DNA of 53,067 bases from a virus (Duplodnaviria > Caudoviricetes): the IMG/VR virus record IMGVR_UViG_3300049015_000032, positions 1 to 53,067 of that record. The stretch is one strand, 5' to 3'. Every line of letters begins with the position of its first letter. Position 1 is the stretch's first letter. The position numbers were made by a program, and so were the translations under genes. The notes beneath the pieces were generated by a model. The model saw only the letters and a list, made by a program, of their open reading frames with translations, was not told the origin of the DNA and did no database searches. Of this stretch, positions 9,532 through 17,977 are shown one piece after another.

Positions 9532-10264
9532 TCCCCTGGCCTTCCTTATACTGTTGGTTTCGTGGGGATCTTTCCCCATGACTACGCGTAGCATTTTTAG
9601 GTCTGTTCCACTTTGCGCGTTGGTGATCTTCGCAGAGGCTATACACATATCGCTCAGTGACATACACGGGCTGATCGCACTGGCGGCATCGCAGCCTCTC
9701 GCCTGCATCCACCTGGGCGCGCCGCTTGGCCTGGCGCGCCGCTTCCTGTTCGCGGGTGACGATCGGCAAACAACTCACACAGTAGGCGGAGACGTGGCCG
9801 CTCGGATAGCGCTGACGGGGGGCGTCACAGCGTGAACAAGACGAGGTTTCAAGATTGTGCTTTTGCTTGTGGCGTCGTCGCCTGGCTTCATAAGCGCGCT
9901 CGCAGGCTGCGCAGTACGAGCGCGGCCGTGTCTTGCCTGGCATGCGTGGGTGTTCATGGCACTCAAGGCACATCGTTTTCGATCGCTTGGGGACGCATCG
10001 CCGCTGGATGGCGCGCAGCATCTTGATTCCATCTGGCAGGATGATCCACCACGAGCGATCTTTTGAAGGCGAATGTATCCAGCCCAGGCCCCGCATCCGC
10101 TCCAGCAGTCGCCGCGTATAGCCTGTTCCCTGGACTTCAACCGCAGGCTGCTGCGTCGGGCGCAAATCCTCATCCCACAGAAAAATGAGGATTTGCAACT
10201 GCTTGCGTGAGATGAAGGGCAGGCCATCAAGACGAATGTCTTTGGGGTAATCTTCTGCTCGCAT
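9524..10264 (-). CDS. Putative DNA-binding protein, wHTH-like N-terminus plus several CxxC Zn fingers
   Basis: LERMRGLGWI; CLEC, YCAAC, CSRC, YCVSC, CRQC, CEDH. Confidence 0.65.
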   Translation of the reverse strand: MRAEDYPKDIRLDGLPFISRKQLQILIFLWDEDLRPTQQPAVEVQGTGYTRRLLERMRGLGWIHSPSKDRSWWIILPDGIKMLRAIQRRCVPKRSKTMCLECHEHPRMPGKTRPRSYCAACERAYEARRRRHKQKHNLETSSCSRCDAPRQRYPSGHVSAYCVSCLPIVTREQEAARQAKRRAQVDAGERLRCRQCDQPVYVTERYVYSLCEDHQRAKWNRPKNATRSHGERSPRNQQYKEGQGNE

Positions 10265-10282
10265 GGCGCACCCACTTTCATC

Positions 10283-11602
10283 TTAGAACGGGGCGGTTTC
10301 AGGATCTTCGGCAGGCACTTTGGCGGCCAGCGCCTGCAAGACCTTCAGCGCATCACGGGCATCCGCATCGGCGCGATGGCGTCCCTCGCGCGCAATACCC
10401 AGCGCCTTGCAGCTCTCATCCAGGCTGGTGTATTCGTGCCCGAGATAGCGATTCGTCAGGCGCTGCACATCGGCTGTATCGGCTGCCTCCGGGAATGGCG
10501 CATCGGCGTGCGCGATCGTCCACCCTTGCATCAGAAGCCGCACATCGAAGGCCGTGTTAAATGCAGCCCAGACTTTGCCTGCCATAAAGCGTGTGATAAG
10601 ACCCATCACGGCCGGATCATTCATCGGGGGCGCATCCTTCAGCATCTCTTCATTGATGCCGTGAATGTCCTGCGCGCTCATGCCTTTGCGTCCTGGCCGC
10701 GTCAGATGGCGCATCACCTGGGGCTTGATGAGCGTCCGGTAAGCTGTCTCCCCCTTGCCATCGATGATGGCCAGTTCAACCACTTCATCGTCGCTGCCCA
10801 GCCCTGTGGTCTCCACATCGAACACGATCAGATTGTCACGCGCGAGCAGGGCTTTCGCGTCTTTGGCAGCCTCCAGCTGATAGGGCTCCAGTTCCTCGAC
10901 GGGTTCGTCGGGGCCAGCATTGGTCTCGCGGGGAGTAATGCGCTCCAGTTCCCAGAAATTGCCAACTTCTTCGATGGCGACACGAATCGGGTGCTGTTTC
11001 CAGACCGCCGTGTCACCCAGTCTCATCATCTGGAAGAAATCCAGATAACCGGCCGTCGCCAGCAGGGTCTTGTGATCTTTCAAAGGGTCGGTGTGATCGA
11101 ATAAATTGAAGGTGACGCCATCATCTGTGAAGCAGGTCCACATCGCGCGCTGGCTGCTTGTCGTCTTTGAGTAAAAGCTGCTGCGTTTGACACGGATGAC
11201 CGCGCGCAGGGCTGTCTCTGGGGATATTTCCTCACGTGGTTGGGCGGCCCGCTGCATCGCCTCGGCGGTCACCGCAGGCGTGATCACCTGCGCATGATGA
11301 GATGGCGCGCTCTGAGATTTATATTCATGCATTGCCTCGATGAGCGCAGCCCCATTCTTCTCGTCGATGATGAGTTCTCCAGACACGCACGGCGAATCAG
11401 CCAGCAGCAGCGGCTTGATGCGTTCCCAATCGGCATCCGTGATGAACTCCCGTGAGCCGCTGATGTAGCGCACCTCGACATCGCCGACAAAACCGCCTGA
11501 TCCGCGAAGACTTTGCGCGATCACATGGACAGAACCGATTGCGGCCAACCGAATATAAACAGGGCCGTAGCCATCGTCTTTCAGTAAAAACATATCGTTC
11601 AT
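10283..11602 (-). CDS. DEDDh 3'-5' exonuclease (DnaQ-like C-terminal domain)
   Basis: FDVETTG, IHGI, FNTAFD, HRADADA. Confidence 0.9.
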   Translation of the reverse strand: MNDMFLLKDDGYGPVYIRLAAIGSVHVIAQSLRGSGGFVGDVEVRYISGSREFITDADWERIKPLLLADSPCVSGELIIDEKNGAALIEAMHEYKSQSAPSHHAQVITPAVTAEAMQRAAQPREEISPETALRAVIRVKRSSFYSKTTSSQRAMWTCFTDDGVTFNLFDHTDPLKDHKTLLATAGYLDFFQMMRLGDTAVWKQHPIRVAIEEVGNFWELERITPRETNAGPDEPVEELEPYQLEAAKDAKALLARDNLIVFDVETTGLGSDDEVVELAIIDGKGETAYRTLIKPQVMRHLTRPGRKGMSAQDIHGINEEMLKDAPPMNDPAVMGLITRFMAGKVWAAFNTAFDVRLLMQGWTIAHADAPFPEAADTADVQRLTNRYLGHEYTSLDESCKALGIAREGRHRADADARDALKVLQALAAKVPAEDPETAPF

Positions 11603-11656
11603 GTTGATCCTTCCTCATCAGCTAAGGCCAGCCCTGCGCGGAACTGGCCGATTCAA

Positions 11657-11950
11657 TTAAGCAAGGTGTTGCGTGGGCTGCTGAGTCGCGCCTCGTTTGG
11701 ACGGCTTCACCCCGGTCATGGTGTCGATAAAAGCGTTGGCCTCGTCGAGTCGCCGCCGCAGTCCCTCGATCTGGCTGGCGTTCTGATCCAGCATGAGCGC
11801 CTGTTTGTCGATGGTCGCCTGCCGATTCTCCGCCACCTGATACCAGCCTTCGCGCTGGATGCGAATCTCATTCAGTTCATTCAGCAGGCCAGCGATCTTC
11901 TTCGCCGCCTCGTCAGCTGCGTCGACAGACTTCGTTTTGGACTTTGCCAT
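11657..11950 (-). CDS. Coiled-coil hypothetical protein
   Basis: AGGAG RBS; heptad pattern. Confidence 0.6.
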   Translation of the reverse strand: MAKSKTKSVDAADEAAKKIAGLLNELNEIRIQREGWYQVAENRQATIDKQALMLDQNASQIEGLRRRLDEANAFIDTMTGVKPSKRGATQQPTQHLA

Positions 11951-11959
11951 ACGATCTCC

Positions 11960-12601
11960 TTAAAACAGCGTGTTCTGAATGGCGGGCTTGGGGGCATCGG
12001 CATACATCCGCGTCAGCGTTTCCGTCGACAGGTGCGCCGCTTTGCGCAGCGCGTCCTGGTAGTAGATCAATTCCCGCTGACTGGGGATCATCGATCCAAT
12101 ATTCAGCGCTTTGAACAGGTCCGCCTCGGTCGCCAGCTTAAGTTTCTCCAGGCGATGCAGTGCCCCTTCTGTGTCATAGCGGACATGCCAGCCGTGCCCT
12201 TCAATGAAACGCATGGGCCACTTGCGGCCTTCCATCCATTTCATGACAAAGGTGTTGCTGTCCGATGGCCCTGTCCGCAGCCAGGTGATAAAGCCAAAGT
12301 TCTCAGGCGTCGTGATGAACACCTCGACTTTGATGCCATCCACCAGCAGACCGCGATACTTCTCGCCCCAGCGTGGTGTGCCATTGTCATAAATAGCCTG
12401 GCACGCTTCCCCGCGTGCGATCATGCCGTCCAGCCGCCCCAGCGCCGTTGTCAGGTCTTTGGGCTGCATGGTGATCTCGGCATCCTTCACCAGCGCTTTG
12501 CCCCGGCGCAGCGATCCGACGACCATGATCTGCTCGCTCACATCGGCCAGGACAGCCATAACGCGCCCCGCCGCCGCCTCGCCATCCTCTCGCTTAAACA
12601 T
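11960..12601 (-). CDS. Minimal X-family DNA polymerase / nucleotidyltransferase
   Basis: VGSLRRGKALVKDAEI, KVEVF, FG...WLRTGP, TEADLFKALNI; start MFKREDG overlaps the upstream stop. Confidence 0.8.
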   Translation of the reverse strand: MFKREDGEAAAGRVMAVLADVSEQIMVVGSLRRGKALVKDAEITMQPKDLTTALGRLDGMIARGEACQAIYDNGTPRWGEKYRGLLVDGIKVEVFITTPENFGFITWLRTGPSDSNTFVMKWMEGRKWPMRFIEGHGWHVRYDTEGALHRLEKLKLATEADLFKALNIGSMIPSQRELIYYQDALRKAAHLSTETLTRMYADAPKPAIQNTLF

Positions 12602-13034
12602 GTTTCCGCCCGGCATGATGCGCGCGATAATCGTGGAGCCACGACCGTCCGAGGTCCGTGATCTGGAACGCGCGGCTAAATGTATGCCCACGCGCGTCGG
12701 CCCAGAACATATCCACCAGCTTGATACGCACGGTTCGCGTGTTGCCAGGAATAGGATGCCAGCCGCCATCGGCGAGCAAGGTCAGCGCAGCAGCCCAGCG
12801 GTGCGCCTGCGCACTGTCAAAGTCTTCATTGGAAGAGGGCATGGATGGCGCTTGCGCTGCGATGTTGGTCAGCCGATTAATGCGGCATTCCGGATGCGCG
12901 GCTTCCCACGCCGCCTGATCTTCTGCTTCCCGAATGCGTCGGGTCTGTATCGCGCGCGCCGCATTTTCAAGCGCCTGCCCGTAGCGTGTGCCGCGCAGCG
13001 CAGGCTCGATTTGATTGGTGTTCGATGTCTGCAT
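12594..13034 (-). CDS. Hypothetical protein
   Basis: GAGGTG RBS; wHTH-like C-terminus (FQITDLGRSWL). Confidence 0.6.
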   Translation of the reverse strand: MQTSNTNQIEPALRGTRYGQALENAARAIQTRRIREAEDQAAWEAAHPECRINRLTNIAAQAPSMPSSNEDFDSAQAHRWAAALTLLADGGWHPIPGNTRTVRIKLVDMFWADARGHTFSRAFQITDLGRSWLHDYRAHHAGRKHV

Positions 13035-13091
13035 TCTTCACCTCTGTTGGTGATAATATTTCCTCACGAGATTGGGTATGGGGTAGGCTTT

Positions 13092-13598
13092 TTACGCCTG
13101 TTTCTTGGCGCGGATCTTGCGAACGAAGGTGTCGACGTCGACTTTATGGCTCTGTCGCTGCTCCACTAGCTTCGAGCGATGCTTGATCCGGTTATCTTTG
13201 ATCGCGAGGTAGAGCGTATTCTCACTCACGCACAGCACCTCCGCCGCCTCGCGCACCTGCATCCAGCGGCCTGTTTCAATAGGTTGCGGCATCGCTTTCA
13301 ACGCCCTGAGTTCTTCCATAAGGGCTGCTTCACGTACCTGGTGCTCACGCAGCTGCTTCTCTTGGTGGGCGATGATGGATCTGAGATCCGACATACTGCT
13401 GTTGATCGTGATGCTGGATGTGGCGGGATTGAGATTGCCCCGCACATAAAGCGTGTGCTTGATCGCATCAAAGATCTGCTGTTTGTTCACATGCGAGGGG
13501 AAAGTGATGGTCAGATCGACACTGTCTTCCTCCTTCACACGCTCAAGCGTGGCCAGCATCCCCTTGCTCATCGCTTTCGCCTGCGCTGTGGTCATCAT
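13092..13598 (-). CDS. HTH DNA-binding protein (excisionase/MerR-like C-terminus)
   Basis: WMQVREAAEVLCVSENTLYLAIKDNRI after a coiled coil. Confidence 0.75.
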   Translation of the reverse strand: MMTTAQAKAMSKGMLATLERVKEEDSVDLTITFPSHVNKQQIFDAIKHTLYVRGNLNPATSSITINSSMSDLRSIIAHQEKQLREHQVREAALMEELRALKAMPQPIETGRWMQVREAAEVLCVSENTLYLAIKDNRIKHRSKLVEQRQSHKVDVDTFVRKIRAKKQA

Positions 13599-13600
13599 GG

Positions 13601-13972
13601 CTACGCGTCTCCCTGCGAATTGTTGAGCATATCACTCAGCTCATCGAGCGCCCCATCACGCTGCGCTACCAGCTCTTCAATCGCCAGTTGCTGCATCTGA
13701 ACCAGCGTCACACTCCGCAGAAGAAGCTCCTGCGTCTCGGACCACTGACCACCGATAGCCGTCGCCGTATCCCAGGCCGCCATCAGCGCCGTCTGGGCTT
13801 CAAGACGCGCGGGTTCTGGCAGTTGATCGAGTAAAGCCCAAGCCTCATTCAACCGGGCTTGTATGTGCGCCATCCCCTGCTCACGCACCCGCGCAATATC
13901 CAGCGTCTTGTCGTCCAGTGTGGGCAGCGAGGGGAGGTCGTGCGTCGTTGTGTTGGAGAGGGTCGCGGTCAT
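13601..13972 (-). CDS. Helical hypothetical protein
   Basis: ATGA overlap; similar to the N-half of 13969-14652. Confidence 0.65.
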   Translation of the reverse strand: MTATLSNTTTHDLPSLPTLDDKTLDIARVREQGMAHIQARLNEAWALLDQLPEPARLEAQTALMAAWDTATAIGGQWSETQELLLRSVTLVQMQQLAIEELVAQRDGALDELSDMLNNSQGDA

Positions 13973-14652
13973 TCGTCTGCCTCGTCGTCTTCGGCGTTGT
14001 GTCCACCCAGATCGTGCAGGACAGGGGCCAGAGGATCGCGCCGGATAATCGATGGCTGCGTCGTTGCGAATAGCTTGCGGATCAAATCGCGCTGTTCATC
14101 GGTCGGCTCGCTGTTGCCAACCAGGAGCGCAATCACAGCATCTCCCGACACATACGGCACATCCCAGGTCTCCATGATCATGTCGTAAAGATACTCATCC
14201 GCTTGCTCCGCTGCGCCTTCGTACACCGATTCCAGCACATAGGGGTCGTTCAACACGTCTTCGCGCTCATCCGCGCGGATACTGGAGGCATACTCTGACA
14301 GCCGGGGATGCGACTCATCCCCCTTTTTGATCGACGTCAGTAGCATCTGCAATTCCGTCACCGCCTGATCGCGCTGCGAGACAGCCGCACCGATGGCGGC
14401 ATCTGCGCCCGCAATGACTGCCGCCTGCTGCGTCGTCATAGTATGGATAGCAACCGCCTGGTTGTAAGCCGTCTCGACCCTTGCGGCAGCGACGTCATTG
14501 CCGCCCTTTTTGAGCTTCTCATGAAGCGGCATCAACTCGTCGTAAATCGCGTTGATCGCGGCGTCCGCCAGCATGGGATTGGCAAGGGCTTGCGCCTGCA
14601 CAGTCCACATCTCAAGCGGCGTCTGGGTTTGTTGAGGATCTGTTGTTGTCAT
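13969..14652 (-). CDS. Helical hypothetical protein
   Basis: GGAG RBS before MTTTDP. Confidence 0.65.
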   Translation of the reverse strand: MTTTDPQQTQTPLEMWTVQAQALANPMLADAAINAIYDELMPLHEKLKKGGNDVAAARVETAYNQAVAIHTMTTQQAAVIAGADAAIGAAVSQRDQAVTELQMLLTSIKKGDESHPRLSEYASSIRADEREDVLNDPYVLESVYEGAAEQADEYLYDMIMETWDVPYVSGDAVIALLVGNSEPTDEQRDLIRKLFATTQPSIIRRDPLAPVLHDLGGHNAEDDEADE

Positions 14653-14733
14653 AAGACTGAGTCTCCGGGTCGATGCCCGTCTAAGAGGGGACGATGGGGG
14701 CATGGTATGCCATGCCCTTAAGGAGTGGTGACG

Positions 14734-16080
14734 TTACTGGCCGAGCAGCAGAGGCACAACCGCAGCGCCCTGCGGCTGTGATGCTCGCATGGCATCCATA
14801 ACCTTCGCTTTGACCTTCTCGTTCATCGCGGCGATCAGCTCATCCGCTGTGATGCCGGATGCGAGGGTTGCGGCCATCGGCATGGCCTGGGGATCAATCA
14901 GCCGATCTCCCACCCGGATCAGACCATCATCGCGCTGGCGTTTCTGACGCGCGCGCGCCTGCGCGATCATGCGCCCCGCCGCCTTCTGGCCCACAGTCGC
15001 CTTGCGCGCGGCATAGATCATGGCCTCACGCTTCACAGGGTCCATCTCGGACTTCCAGGCAGGCTCACCGTCATCCATATGGATGTAGATCTCCTCTACC
15101 TCCGGGGATGTCGGCGTCTCGTCAAGAGTCCCATCACCGATCACCTCAGCCGCGATGTCCTCATAAGACGGAAGATCTGCGGACACGTGCGCTTCCATCG
15201 GGGAATGCGCTTCGTCCTGAGCATCACGTTCAAGGCGGACCATATGGCAGACTTCCTTGTCATAGGCGGGCAGGACGTAGGCGGCCTCGAAAGCGACGCG
15301 CCAACCCTGATTGATAAAATCCGTCAGTGAGCCATCATCAATGTCAGGGTGAGTGGTCGTCTCGATCTTGCCCCGCTGGGCAGAGGCTGGCTGCATCTGA
15401 AGCACCACCCGATCCGCCATCGTGTCATACCGCGCCAGTTCGCCTTCCAGGTAGCGGATGTAGTCCGCCTTCCCTTTCAACTCATCCATCAGCCCATTGG
15501 AGATGGTGAGCTGCGCCTTGAGCTTGGCATCGTAGTCAACGGTCAGATCATGGATCTGCTTTTCAAGCGCATCATGCTGCTCACTCAGTGTCGCCGTTTC
15601 CTCACGCAGGCCTGCGATCAAGGCGTCTTTCTTGGCCGCGATATCAATCTCGCGCTGAGCAATGGTGGATGCGGGCGTAGCCGCCAATTCCTTGACATCC
15701 ACCCAGTGCAAAGGTAGCTCGGGGAAGTCGATATATTCCACGCGGCGAGAAGAGAACAGATCCGTGCCGATAATATGAACACGTTCGCCTGTGGCTTCGA
15801 GGATGGCATCCGTGTTCACGGCCCACTCCTGGAGCCGTGTTTCGGCATCCTGCGCATCACGCGAATCTCGCCATTCACCGATAAATCCGCTGCCGGACTT
15901 CACATGGCCTTTCTCTATCAGCGATTCAGCGGCCTTCGCAAAGAAGGCGTTCACATTCTGCCCAGGGATCGGGATAGGACCGAGCAAAGCGCTGTCGTCC
16001 TGTGGCATCGCCTCTAAATCGGCCATCGCTGCCGGATCGATCCGGTCAGGTGATGGCCCGAATTGTGTTGTTTCATCCAT
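14734..16080 (-). CDS. Hypothetical protein with central coiled coil
   Basis: 448-aa ORF, GAGG RBS. Confidence 0.75.
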   Translation of the reverse strand: MDETTQFGPSPDRIDPAAMADLEAMPQDDSALLGPIPIPGQNVNAFFAKAAESLIEKGHVKSGSGFIGEWRDSRDAQDAETRLQEWAVNTDAILEATGERVHIIGTDLFSSRRVEYIDFPELPLHWVDVKELAATPASTIAQREIDIAAKKDALIAGLREETATLSEQHDALEKQIHDLTVDYDAKLKAQLTISNGLMDELKGKADYIRYLEGELARYDTMADRVVLQMQPASAQRGKIETTTHPDIDDGSLTDFINQGWRVAFEAAYVLPAYDKEVCHMVRLERDAQDEAHSPMEAHVSADLPSYEDIAAEVIGDGTLDETPTSPEVEEIYIHMDDGEPAWKSEMDPVKREAMIYAARKATVGQKAAGRMIAQARARQKRQRDDGLIRVGDRLIDPQAMPMAATLASGITADELIAAMNEKVKAKVMDAMRASQPQGAAVVPLLLGQ

Positions 16081-16145
16081 CTGAAGAACCTCATAAGTGT
16101 ATGAGGGCTGCTCGGGTTCCGTCCGCCAGCCCTCGTGGACGATGG

Positions 16146-16418
16146 CTAGACAGGCTGCCCGAACTGCGCCAGGAAATCGCGCGCATGCTCGGCTTGCTTA
16201 TAGCGGGCGGGTAGCAGCTTTAGAATGTTCGCGAGGTGGGTCACAGCTTCTTCGAGCAGGTTTTCAAGGCTGGCCACGTCATCCAGGCCAACCGCAGGCT
16301 CCCACTCACGGACAAGTTGTTCAGGAGTCATCCGCTGGTCCAGGTCGGCCAGCAGCGTTTGGGGATCTAGGGCTGTATCAGTTTGCGCGGAAGACGTCAC
16401 GCGCGTGTCAGGCGTCAT
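16146..16418 (-). CDS. First gene of the leftward early operon, hypothetical
   Basis: GAGG RBS; 90 aa. Confidence 0.6.
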   Translation of the reverse strand: MTPDTRVTSSAQTDTALDPQTLLADLDQRMTPEQLVREWEPAVGLDDVASLENLLEEAVTHLANILKLLPARYKQAEHARDFLAQFGQPV

Positions 16419-16472
16419 AAGGCCTCATTTTAAGAACAGACTTACGAGGGGTTACGTCTGGTTCACAACTTT

Positions 16473-16943
16473 CTCATGTTAGGGAACCTACATGAGTGTC
16501 ATCCAATGGATGACAACGTTGAGAAGAGAGGTTACAATGCGCGGTTGAGGCGCATTCCGTCTCAGTTCCGTTGATCGTGCTCCCCTGATAAGTGAGCGAT
16601 CCTCGGAAAGATGCAAAAACGCTCGTAAGAGCGCCGATTTCAGTGGATGGAGTCAGTGTTGACGCACTGGCTTCATCTTCACATAGCGTCATATTTTTAA
16701 GATGACGTTATGTAATGATAACGCTGTTCTAATGTTTGACGCAATCGGTCTTACGTCGGGTTTCGGTTGCGTTCTCGTTACGATTAGAAACTTTGTGCGA
16801 ATTGCCTATACGATTTACCGACCATTGGCTGACCTCAAGGCGATACCAGCGTAGGGAAATCGTTGCTCAATCGGATGTTAAGGTGCGGATTAGGAGCGCA
16901 TCTTAAGGATCTTTGCGTTCCTGTAGATCGTTACTGTGATCTA
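16473..16943 (+). ncRNA. Candidate large structured non-coding RNA (about 11 adjacent stem-loops)
   Basis: Back-to-back inverted repeats whose non-canonical pairs are G-T on the + strand; no convincing ORF. Confidence 0.55.
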
Positions 16944-16948
16944 ATAAA

Positions 16949-16977
16949 AGAATAACATGGATTCTAGCTCATGTCAA
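16949..16977 (-). promoter_or_regulatory. Leftward sigma70-type promoter
   Basis: TTGACA (16977-16972), 17 bp, TATTCT (16954-16949) with an extended TGn. Confidence 0.7.
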
Positions 16978-17028
16978 TCTAGTCATACATGGGTTTATGG
17001 ATATCTTTATTATTTGTCTGACTACTGG

Positions 17029-17057
17029 TTGACACTGGTATTGAATCGGGATAGTAT
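17029..17057 (+). promoter_or_regulatory. Rightward sigma70-type promoter
   Basis: TTGACA, 17 bp, TAGTAT, upstream of the HTH gene. Confidence 0.75.
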
Positions 17058-17077
17058 TGAAAGGAAAGAATGCGAGG

Positions 17078-17341
17078 ATGGCCGTGTTAAACAGATTCCA
17101 AACCCTTCTTCGGAATAAGCGTGCCAAAGAAGATCGAGAGATCAAAATCGAGGATATCGCAGAAGAAATCAACATCTCGCGCGATACACTGTCGAGGTAT
17201 GCCAACCAGAGAATCAAGCGCTATGATTCAGCAACGGTCGAAGCCCTTTGCCGCTATTTCGGCGTTGAGGTGGGGGATTTTCTTTATCTTGAGCCAGGCA
17301 TTGAATTGGACAAAATTCGTCAAGCGGAGGCTCAACCATAA
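17078..17341 (+). CDS. XRE/Cro-C1 family HTH regulator
   Basis: IEDIAEEINISRDTLSRYAN...LCRYFGVEVGDFL. Confidence 0.88.
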   Translation: MAVLNRFQTLLRNKRAKEDREIKIEDIAEEINISRDTLSRYANQRIKRYDSATVEALCRYFGVEVGDFLYLEPGIELDKIRQAEAQP

Positions 17342-17577
17342 TGCCCGTAGCAGAACTTCGCTTGGTTGATCTCTGGGCTGACAAGATGAAGCGCGAAAAG
17401 CGTGTCATCCCTGTAACCGAGATCGCCCACGCCTGTGGTATAAAGCGCCAGAATGCCTACAAATGGTTAAACAATGAGATCAAATGCGCTCCGCTCAAAA
17501 CCATTGCGGCCCTGTGCTTGTATTTCGAGTGTACTCCCAACGATCTGATTGTAGTGAGAAGGGAGCATGCATCGTGA
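17341..17577 (+). CDS. Second XRE/Cro-C1 family HTH regulator
   Basis: VTEIAHACGIKRQNAYKWLNN...LCLYFECTPNDLI; TAATG coupling to the first. Confidence 0.88.
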   Translation: MPVAELRLVDLWADKMKREKRVIPVTEIAHACGIKRQNAYKWLNNEIKCAPLKTIAALCLYFECTPNDLIVVRREHAS

Positions 17578-17698
17578 CTGTTTCCCCCTCCCCCACCAGA
17601 TCCAGCAGGGCGGGGCAGGCAGAACAGATTATCGACTTTGGGGACTCGCATTTTTTTGCGGTTTGATGTTATAGTTGGTGAGAAGCAATATTCGTAAT

Positions 17699-17727
17699 AC
17701 TTCATGGGGATATATCCCCACGAAACA
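17699..17727. repeat. Palindromic site, consensus GTTTCGTGGGGATATATCCCCACGAAAC
   Basis: 17704-17727 is identical to 21333-21356; related copies at 9557-9581 (inverted), 17827-17854, 21263-21290, 13050-13071, 11220-11236. Confidence 0.85.
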
Positions 17728-17977
17728 AGTGGTTTATCCCATAAAAGCGAAGACCCCCACATTTAACGGATGCAGGGGTCTCAAAATTCAATTCGAAGCG
17801 CCTGACGCGCACTAACGAAAGGTTCGGTTTCGTGATGATATATTCACACGAGACATCATACCCTATTGGCCGTGCATTGGTCAACAGGTTCGCCACAATT
17901 GTGACGACTCTCCTATGCAGCGTTAAGATACAGCTGCCCCCCTCCCCTCTTGCCGCACTTCATGGGGGAATATCATC

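Noticed and set aside
16474-16692. 72-aa minus-strand ORF in the hairpin block
   Set aside because: No RBS or recognisable motif; the dense base pairing is better explained by non-coding structure
16473-16943. Possible CRISPR or other guide array
   Set aside because: The hairpins share no repeated sequence or fixed period, and no Cas-like effector is visible
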